Below, one piece after another: positions 1 to 10,400 of a stretch of 64,000 nt of DNA (positions within the stretch are counted from its first letter, which is position 1; each line of letters begins with the position of its first letter). Origin of the DNA: Bugula neritina. Its lineage: Eukaryota; Animalia; Bryozoa. Both the position numbers and the translations under genes were made by a program. The stretch is from positions 12,385,801-12,449,800 of the forward strand of contig OZ037767.1 of assembly GCA_964035545.1 (NCBI GenBank). The letters are read 5' to 3'. Below the pieces are notes generated by a model that was given only the letters and a program-made list of their open reading frames with translations, had not been told where the DNA came from and did not search any database.

Positions 1-360
1 AAACCCATCAACCTTTGCGATCTGAGGAACGAAAGACGGATACTGCAACTTACACACCTTTCTATTATGAATTTAGAGATATACATTGTTTTGTCAACCC
101 TTCTGGCAACCAATATTAAGTGCATTGCTCGTTTTCCACGCTTTATATCCACTTATTTTACATTTTCTCAATCAACTAAACACAGGTAAGCAGAGTTGCT
201 AACTGGTTGCATGGTATTCAGGCAGTCGCACTTCTTGTCACTCAATTGTTGACGATTGATGCTTGAAGAAGGCCTACGGTCCTTACAGTATACATACTGG
301 AGGTACTGTGCTTTGAACTCAAAAACAAAAAAGAGAATATATGACTTGCAAAACTAACGA

Positions 361-373
361 ATCACATTGTGAT
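361..373. repeat. Short inverted repeat ATCACA-T-TGTGAT (once per monomer; ATCACTTTGTGAT in some copies)
   Basis: Perfect 6-bp arms with a 1-nt spacer, read directly. No function inferred. Confidence 0.8.
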
Positions 374-654
374 GACTCCAGACCCTATTGACAGTGTGCC
401 TCAGTAATGTCTGTTCAGTGCAAACTATGGACAGCAAAGTTGTCAGGCAATAATGATACAAACAATTCTGCAAACCCTTTTCATAAAGGTTTTGTGATGA
501 AAGAGTATCCAGACCCTGTAATGGCTATACAACTGGAGGGAAGGAATATACTCGTTTTTCAATAGCAACAAAGCATGTTCAGAACTTGTAGACAGAAACA
601 CACTCATGACACATTAAACAATCTGTAACAAGTCTTGCTCATTATAACAGACAA

Positions 655-666
655 ATGTTATAACAT
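655..666. repeat. 12-bp perfect palindrome ATGTTATAACAT (once per monomer; ATGTTATGACAT in some copies)
   Basis: Read directly. No function inferred. Confidence 0.8.
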
Positions 667-2400
667 ACTCCTTTCGTTTAGGAGATATATCAACTACTAC
701 TCCTACAAAAACAATAAAGAGGTAAAAGACAGCACTGCTCAGTTTGATTTCATTTCATTCAATTCAATGTAACACTATCAATGGGCTGCACTTTTGGTCA
801 CACCCAGCTAACTGCTCTTGGAAAATTACTCATTTCGCCAATTGTGACATTATGTGAACTCACTGTTAGTTTTTAACTTTGAATCAAAAAATGATAAAGT
901 AATTGTAAATCTGTTTACAGTCGTCAAAGCGGCTGATCCTTAATTTCAACACTGGGTTTAGGTGATGGAAGAATCCCAAGACAAGTTTGGTACTACGCTA
1001 GACAATAGGCTGCTGGCACCGGAAAATGTGAACATGTGTGCATTTAACAGATGAAGCTAAAACATGTATACATCTTATATTTAGTGAAAATTGAATATGC
1101 ATCACTTTTCTATGTGAGAACATTGCTGGATAGTGAAAATAACTAGAAATGTAGAAGTTCGGGAGTTGTCTCTCCTGTGTTTTTGGTTTTGTGTTCTTGA
1201 CTTGTCAGGCTGCAAATATTTGAAAAATCACAACTGCAAATACATTTGTTGGTGTAGCAAAAATTATTAAACCCATCAACCTTTGCGATCTGAGGAACGA
1301 AAGACGGATACTGCAACTTACACACCTTTCTATTATGAATTTAGAGATATACATTGTTTTGTCAACCCTTCTGGCAACCAATATTAAGTGCATTGCTCGT
1401 TTTCCACGCTTTATATCCACTTATTTTACATTTTCTCAATCAACTAAACACAGGTAAGCAGAGTTGCTAACTGGTTGCATGGTATTCAGGCAGTCGCACT
1501 TCTTGTCACTCAATTGTTGACGATTGATGCTTGAAGAAGGCCTACGGTCCTTACAGTATACATACTGGAGGTACTGTGCTTTGAACTCAAAAACAAAAAA
1601 GAGAATATATGACTTGCAAAACTAACGAATCACATTGTGATGACTCCAGACCCTATTGACAGTGTGCCTCAGTAATGTCTGTTCAGTGCAAACTATGGAC
1701 AGCAAAGTTGTCAGGCAATAATGATACAAACAATTCTGCAAACCCTTTTCATAAAGGTTTTGTGATGAAAGAGTATCCAGACCCTGTAATGGCTATACAA
1801 CTGGAGGGAAGGAATATACTCGTTTTTCAATAGCAACAAAGCATGTTCAGAACTTGTAGACAGAAACACACTCATGACACATTAAACAATCTGTAACAAG
1901 TCTTGCTCATTATAACAGACAAATGTTATAACATACTCCTTTCGTTTAGGAGATATATCAACTACTACTCCTACAAAAACAATAAAGAGGTAAAAGACAG
2001 CACTGCTCAGTTTGATTTCATTTCATTCAATTCAATGTAACACTATCAATGGGCTGCACTTTTGGTCACACCCAGCTAACTGCTCTTGGAAAATTACTCA
2101 TTTCGCCAATTGTGACATTATGTGAACTCACTGTTAGTTTTTAACTTTGAATCAAAAAATGATAAAGTAATTGTAAATCTGTTTACAGTCGTCAAAGCGG
2201 CTGATCCTTAATTTCAACACTGGGTTTAGGTGATGGAAGAGTCCCAAGACAAGTTTGGTACTACGCTAGACAATAGGTTGCTGGCACCGGAAAATGTGAA
2301 CATGTGTGCATTTAACAGATGAAGCTAAAACATGTATACATCTTATATTTAGTGAAAATTGAATATGCATCACTTTTCTATGTGAGAACATTGCTGGATA

Positions 2401-3667
2401 GTGAAAATAACTAGAAATGTAGAAGTTCAGGAGTTGTCTCTCCTGTGTTTTTGGTTTTGTGTTCTTGACTTGTCAGGCTGCAAATATTTGAAAAATCACA
2501 ACTGCAAATACATTTGTTGGTGTAGCAAAATTATTAAACCCATCAACCTTTGCGATCTGAGGAACGAAAGACGGATACTGCAACTTACACACCTTTCTAT
2601 TATGAATTTAGAGATATACATTGTTTTGTCGACCCTTCTGGCAACCAATATTAAGTGCATTGCTCGTTTTCCACGCTTTATATCCACTTATTTTACATTT
2701 TCTCAATCAACTAAACACAGGTAAGCAGAGTTGCTAACTGGTTGCATGGTATTCAGGCAGTCGCACTTCTTGTCACTCAATCGTTGAAGATTGATGCTTG
2801 ATGAAGGCCTACGGTCCTTACAGTATACATACTGGAGGTACTGTGCTTTGAACTCAAAAACAAAAAAGAGAATATATGACTTGCAAAACTAACGAATCAC
2901 ATTGTGATGACTCCAGACCCTATTGACAGTGTGCCTTAGTAATGTCTGTTCAGTGCAAACTATGGACAGCAAAGTTGTCAGGCAATAATGATACAAACAA
3001 TTCTGCAAACCCTTTTCATAAAGGTTTTGTGATGAAAGAGTATCCAGACCCTGTAATGGCTATACAACTGGAGGGAAGGAGTATACTCGTTTTTCAATAG
3101 CTACAAAGCATGTTCAGAACTTGTAGACAGAAACACACTCATGACACATTAAACAATCTGTAACAAGTCTTGCTCATTATAACAGACAAATGTTATAACA
3201 TACTTCTTTCGTTTAGGAGATATATCAACTACTACTCCTACAAAAACAATAAAGAGGCAAAAGACAGCACTGCTCAGTTTGATTTCATTTCATTCAATTC
3301 ATTGTAACGCCATCAATGGGCTGCACTTTTGGTCACACCTGGCTAACTGCTCTTGGAAAATTACTCATTTCGCCAATTGTGACATTATGTGAACTCACTG
3401 TTAGTTTTTAACTTTGAATCAAAAAATGATAAAGTAATTGTAAATCTGTTTACAGTCGTCAAAGCGGCTGATCCTTAATTTCAACACTGGGTTTAGGTGA
3501 TGGAAGAATCCCAAGACAAGTTTGGTACTACGCTAGACAATAGGCTGCTGGCACCGGAAAATGTGAACATGTGTGCATTTAACAGATGAAGCTAAAACAT
3601 GTATACATCTTATATTTAGTGAAAATTGAATATGCATCACTTTTCTATGTGAGAACATTGCTGGATA
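2401..3667. repeat. Representative 1267-bp monomer (u2; phase is arbitrary)
   Basis: The sequence from 2401 restarts at 3668. It is complex, non-simple sequence of about 37% GC with no clear internal subunit. Confidence 0.97.
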
Positions 3668-6600
3668 GTGAAAATAACTAGAAATGTAGAAGTTCGGGAG
3701 TTGTCTCTCCTGTGTTTTTGGTTTTGTGTTCTTGACTTGTCAGGCTGCAAATATTTGAAAAATCACAACAGCAAATACATTTGTTGGTGTAGCAAAATTA
3801 TTAAACCCATCAACCTTTGCGATCTGAGGAACGAAAGACAAATACTGCAACTTACACACCTTTTTATTATGAATTTAGAGATATACATTGTTTTGTCGAC
3901 CCTTCTGGCAACCAATATTAAGTGCATTGCTCGTTTTCCACGCTTTATATCCACTTATTTTACATTTTCTCAATCAACTAAACACAGGTAAGCAGAGTTG
4001 CTAACTGGTTGCATGGTATTCAGGCAGTCGCACTTCTTGTCACTCAATCGTTGAAGATTGATGCTTGATGAAGGCCTACGGTCCTTACAGTATACATACT
4101 GGAGGTACTGTGCTTTGAACTCAATAACAAAAAAGAGAATATATGACTTGCAAAACTAACGAATCACATTGTGATGACTCCAGACCCTATTGACTGTGTG
4201 CCTCAGTAACGTCTGTTCAGTGCAAACTATGGACAGCAAAGTTGTTTGGCAATAATGAGACAAACAATTCTGCAAACCCTTTTCATTAAAGTTTTGTGAT
4301 GAAAGAGTATCCAGACCCTGTAATGGCTATACAACTGGAGGGAAGGAATATACTCGTTTTTCAATAGCAACAAAGCATGTTCAGAACTTGTAGACAGAAA
4401 CACACTCATGACACATTAAACAATCTGTAACAAGTCTTGCTCATTATAACAGACAAATGTTATAACATACTCCTTTCGTTTAAGAGATATATCAACTACT
4501 ACTCCTACAAAAACAATGAAGAGGTAAAAGACAGCACTGCTCAATTTGATTTCATTTCATTCAATTCATTGTAACGCTATCAATGGGCTGCACTTTTGGT
4601 CACACCTGGCTAACTGCTCTTGGAAAATTACTCATTTCGCCAATTGTGACATTATGTGAACTCATTGTTAGTTTTTAACTTTGAATCAAAAAATGATAAA
4701 GTAATTGTAAATCTGTTTACAGTCGTCAAAGCGGCTGATCCTTAATTTCAACACTGGGTTTAGGTGATGGAAGAATCCCAAGACAAGTTTGGTACTACGC
4801 TAGACAATAGGTTGCTGGCACCGGAAAATGTGAACATGTGTGCATTTAACAGATGAAGCTAAATCATGTATACATCTTATATTTAGTGAAAATTGAATAT
4901 GCATCACTTTTCAATGTGAGAACATTGCTGGATAGTGAAAATAACTAGAAATGTAGAAGTTCGGGAGTTGTCTCTCCTGTGTTTTTGGTTTTGTGTTCTT
5001 GACTTGTCAGGCTGCAAATATTTGAAAAATCACAACTGCAAATACATTTGTTGGTGTAGCAAAATTATTAAACCCATCAACCTTTGCGATCTGAGGAACG
5101 AAAGACGGATACTGCAACTTACACACCTTTCTATTATGAATTTAGAGATATACATTGTTTTGTCGACCCTTCTGGCAACCAATATTGAGTGCGTTTCTCG
5201 TTTTCCACGCTTTATATCCACTTATTTTACATTTTCTCAATCAACTAAACACAGGTAAGCAGAGTTGCTAACTGGTTGCATGGTATTCAGGCAGTCGCAC
5301 TTCTTGTCACTCAATCGTTGACGATGGATGCTTGAAGAAGGCCTACGGTCCTTACAGTATACATACTGGAGGTACTGTGCTTTGAACTCAAAAACAAAAA
5401 AGAGAATATATGACTTGCAAAACTAACGAATCACATTGTGATGACTCCAGACCCTATTGACAGTGTGCCTCAGTAATGTCTGTTCAGTGCAAACTATGGA
5501 CAGCAAAGTTGTCAGGCAATAATGATACAAACAATTCTGCAAACCCTTTTCATTAAAGTTTTGTGATGAAAGAGTATCCAGACCCTGTAATGGCTATACA
5601 ACTGGAGGGAAGGAATATACTCGTTTTTCAATAGCAACAAAGCATGTTCAGAACTTGTAGACAGAAACACACTCATGACACATTAAACAATCTGTAACAA
5701 GTCTTGCTCATTATAGCAGACAAATGTTATAACATACTCCTTTTGTTTAGGAGATATATCAACTACTACTCCTACAAAAACAATAAAGAGGTAAAAGACA
5801 GCACTGCTCAGTTTGATTTCATTTCATTCAATTCATTGTAACGCTATCAATGGGCTGCACTTTTGGTCACACCCGGCTAACTGCTCTTGGAAAATTACTC
5901 ATTTCGCCAATTGTGACATTATGTGAACTCACTGTTAGTTTTTAACTTTGAATCAAAAAATGATAAAGTAATTGTAAATCTGTTTACAGTCGTCAAAGCG
6001 GCTGATCTTTAATTTCAACACTGGGTTTAGGTGATGGAAGAATCCCAAGACAAGTTTGGTACTACGCTAGACAATAGGCTGCTGGCACCGGAAAATGTGA
6101 ACATGTGTGCATTTAACAGATGAAGCTAAAACATGTATACATCTTATATTTAGAGAAAATTGAATATGCATCACTTTTCTATGTGAGAACATTGCTGGAT
6201 AGTAAAAATAACTAGAAATGTAGAAGTTCGGGAGTTGTCTCTCCTGTGTTTTTGGTTTTGTGTTCTTGACTTGTCAGGCTGCAAATATTTGAAAAATCAC
6301 AACTGCAAATACATCTGTTGGTGTAGCAAAATTATTAAACCCATCGACCTTTGCGATCTGAGGAACGAAAGACGGATACTGCAACTTACACACCTTTCTA
6401 TTATGAATTTAGAGATATACATTGTTTTGTCAACCCTTCTGGCAACCAATATTAAGTGCATTGCTCGTTTTCCACGCTTTATATCCACTTAGTTTTTATT
6501 TTCTCAATCAACTAAACACAGGTAAGCAGAGTTGCTAACTGGTTGCATGGTATTCAGGCATTCGCACTTCTTGTCACTCAATCGTTGAAGATTGATGCTT

Positions 6601-7468
6601 GAAGAAGGCCTACGGTCCTTACAGTATACATACTGGAGGTACTGTGCTTTGAACTCAATAACAAAAAAGAGAATATATGACTTGCAAAACTAACGAATCA
6701 CATTGTGATGACTCTAGACCCTATTGACAGTGTGCCTCAGTAATGTCTGTTCAGTGCAAACTATGGACAGCAAAGTTGTCTGGCAATGACGATACAAACA
6801 ATTCTGCAAACCCTTTTCATAAAGGTTTTGTGATGAAAGAGTATCCAGACCCTGTAATGGCTATACAACTGGAGGGAAGGAATATACTCGTTTTTCAATA
6901 GCAACAAAGCATGTTCAGAACTTGTAGACAGAAACACACTCATGACACATTAAACAATCTGTAACAAGTCTTGCTCATTATAACAGACAAATGTTATAAC
7001 ATACTCCTTTCGTTTAGGAGATATATCAACTACTACTCCTACAAAAACAATAAAGAGGTAAAAGACAGCACTGCTCAGTTTGATTTCATTTCATTCAATT
7101 CATTGTAACGCTATCAATGGGCTGCACTTTTGGTCACACCCGGCTAACTGCTCTTGGAAAATTACTCATTTCGCCAATTGTGACATTATGTGAACTCACT
7201 GTTAGTTTTTAACTTTGAATCAAAAAATGATAAAGTAATTGTAAATCTGTTTACAGTCGTCAAAGCGGCTGATCTTTAATTTCAACACTGGGTTTAGGTG
7301 ATGGAAGAATCCCAAGACAAGTTTGGTACTACGCTAGACAATAGGCTGCTGGCACCGGAAAATGTGAACATGTGTGCATTTAACAGATGAAGCTAAAACA
7401 TGTATACATCTTATATTTAGTGAAAATTGAATATGCATCACTTTTCTATGTGAGAACATTGCTGGATA

Positions 7469-10400
7469 GTGAAAATAACTAGAAATGTAGAAGTTCGGGA
7501 GTTGTCTCTCCTGTGTTTTTGGTTTTGTGTTCTTGACTTGTCAGGCTGCAAATATTTGAAAAATCACAACTGCAAATACATTTGTTGGTGTAGCAAAAAT
7601 TATTAAACCCATCAACCTTTGCGATCTGAGGAACGAAAGACGGATACTGCAACTTACACACCTTTCTATTATGAATTTAGAGATATACATTGTTTTGTCA
7701 ACCCTTCTGGCAACCAATATTAAGTGCATTGCTCGTTTTCCACGCTTTATATCCACTTATTTTACATTTTCTCAATCAACTAAACACAGGTAAGCAGAGT
7801 TGCTAACTGGTTGCATGGTATTCAGGCAGTCGCACTTCTTGTCACTCAATTGTTGACGATTGATGCTTGAAGAAGGCCTACGGTCCTTACAGTATACATA
7901 CTGGAGGTACTGTGCTTTGAACTCAAAAACAAAAAAGAGAATATATGACTTGCAAAACTAACGAATCACATTGTGATGACTCCAGACCCTATTGACAGTG
8001 TGCCTCAGTAATGTCTGTTCAGTGCAAACTATGGACAGCAAAGTTGTCAGGCAATAATGATACAAACAATTCTGCAAACCCTTTTCATAAAGGTTTTGTG
8101 ATGAAAGAGTATCCAGACCCTGTAATGGCTATACAACTGGAGGGAAGGAATATACTCGTTTTTCAATAGCAACAAAGCATGTTCAGAACTTGTAGACAGA
8201 AACACACTCATGACACATTAAACAATCTGTAACAAGTCTTGCTCATTATAACAGACAAATGTTATAACATACTCCTTTCGTTTAGGAGATATATCAACTA
8301 CTACTCCTACAAAAACAATAAAGAGGTAAAAGACAGCACTGCTCAGTTTGATTTCATTTCATTCAATTTAATGTAACACTATCAATGGGCTGCACTTTTG
8401 GTCACACCCAGCTAACTGCTCTTGGAAAATTACTCATTTCGCCAATTGTGACATTATGTGAACTCACTGTTAGTTTTTAACTTTGAATCAAAAAATGATA
8501 AAGTAATTGTAAATCTGTTTACAGTCGTCAAAGCGGCTGATCCTTAATTTCAACACTGGGTTTAGGTGATGGAAGAGTCCCAAGACAAGTTTGGTACTAC
8601 GCTAGACAATAGGTTGCTGGCACCGGAAAATGTGAACATGTGTGCATTTAACAGATGAAGCTAAAACATGTATACATCTTATATTTAGTGAAAATTGAAT
8701 ATGCATCACTTTTCTATGTGAGAACATTGCTGGATAGTGAAAATAACTAGAAATGTAGAAGTTCAGGAGTTGTCTCTCCTGTGTTTTTGGTTTTGTGTTC
8801 TTGACTTGTCAGGCTGCAAATATTTGAAAAATCACAACTGCAAATACATTTGTTGGTGTAGCAAAATTATTAAACCCATCAACCTTTGCGATCTGAGGAA
8901 CGAAAGACGGATACTGCAACTTACACACCTTTCTATTATGAATTTAGAGATATACATTGTTTTGTCGACCCTTCTGGCAACCAATATTAAGTGCATTGCT
9001 CGTTTTCCACGCTTTATATCCACTTATTTTACATTTTCTCAATCAACTAAACACAGGTAAGCAGAGTTGCTAACTGGTTGCATGGTATTCAGGCAGTCGC
9101 ACTTCTTGTCACTCAATCGTTGAAGATTGATGCTTGATGAAGGCCTACGGTCCTTACAGTATACATACTGGAGGTACTGTGCTTTGAACTCAAAAACAAA
9201 AAAGAGAATATATGACTTGCAAAACTAACGAATCACATTGTGATGACTCCAGACCCTATTGACAGTGTGCCTCAGTAATGTCTGTTCAGTGCAAACTATG
9301 GACAGCAAAGTTGTCAGGCAATAATGATACAAACAATTCTGCAAACCCTTTTCATAAAGGTTTTGTGATGAAAGAGTATCCAGACCCTGTAATGGCTATA
9401 CAACTGGAGGGAAGGAATATACTCGTTTTTCAATAGCTACAAAGCATGTTCAGAACTTGTAGACAGAAACACACTCATGACACATTAAACAATCTGTAAC
9501 AAGTCTTGTTCATTATAACAGACAAATGTTATAACATACTCCTTTCGTTTAGGAGATATATCAACTACTACTCCTACAAAAACAATAAAGAGGCAAAAGA
9601 CAGCACTGCTCAGTTTGATTTCATTTCATTCAATTCATTGTAACGCCATCAATGGGCTGCACTTTTGGTCACACCTGGCTAACTGCTCTTGGAAAATTAC
9701 TCATTTCGCCAATTGTGACATTATGTGAACTCACTGTTAGTTTTTAACTTTGAATCAAAAAATGATAAAGTAATTGTAAATCTGTTTACAGTCGTCAAAG
9801 CGGCTGATCCTTAATTTCAACACTGGGTTTAGGTGATGGAAGAATCCCAAGACAAGTTTGGTACTACGCTAGACAATAGGCTGCTGGCACCGGAAAATGT
9901 GAACATGTGTGCATTTAACAGATGAAGCTAAAACATGTATACATCTTATATTTAGTGAAAATTGAATATGCATCACTTTTCTATGTGAGAACATTGCTGG
10001 ATAGTGAAAATAACTAGAAATGTAGAAGTTCGGGAGTTGTCTCTCCTGTGTTTTTGGTTTTGTGTTCTTGACTTGTCAGGCTGCAAATATTTGAAAAATC
10101 ACAACTGCAAATACATTTGTTGGTGTAGCAAAATTATTAAACCCATCAACCTTTGCGATCTGAGGAACGAAAGACGGATACTGCAACTTACACACCTTTC
10201 TATTATGAATTTAGAGATATACATTGTTTTGTCGACCCTTCTGGCAACCAATATTAAGTGCATTGCTCGTTTTCCACGCTTTATATCCACTTATTTTACA
10301 TTTTCTCAATCAACTAAACACAGGTAAGCAGAGTTGCTAACTGGTTGCATGGTATTCAGGCAGTCGCACTTCTTGTCACTCAATTGTTGACGATTGATGC

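Noticed and set aside
150-290. Spliced-leader RNA gene (AT-rich leader ending CAG|GTAAG in a tandem unit of about 1.3 kb)
   Set aside because: The leader matches no SL I know, and there is no Sm-site-like AU4-6G within the following 100 nt. AACTAACG at 352 does not continue as a kinetoplastid SL. Would reconsider if 150-185 were found on diverse mRNA 5' ends.
369-560. C/D-box snoRNAs (GTGATGA at 369 and 494)
   Set aside because: There is no CTGA D box at a suitable distance (the next is at 933) and no terminal stem.
954-962. Plant-type telomeric motif GGGTTTAGG
   Set aside because: It is a single incomplete occurrence per monomer, expected by chance.
1158-1175. CENP-B box
   Set aside because: None of the TTCG sites (673, 834, 1158) fits TTCG-N4-A-N2-CGGG, and no match was seen on the reverse strand.
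1-1268. 5S rRNA, U1/U2/U6 snRNA, tRNA or histone tandem gene unit
   Set aside because: None of the conserved sequences of these genes was seen on either strand. The minus-strand CTTACCTG near 183-190 is just the complement of a donor-like site and is not followed by U1 sequence.
2496-2687. Repeated 60-71 aa minus-strand ORFs (MDIKRGK..., MCKLQY..., MSVFLST...)
   Set aside because: They are short, some overlap the + ORF, and they appear or vanish with single SNPs or the A5 indel. No homology recognised.
2401-2724. Repeated 107-aa + strand ORF (MKITRNVEV...STKHR) as a multicopy gene
   Set aside because: It has a GTG start and no recognisable domain. It is frameshifted in 9 copies and prematurely stopped in 7 more of 50, and many variants are nonsynonymous. 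Its recurrence only reflects the DNA repeat.
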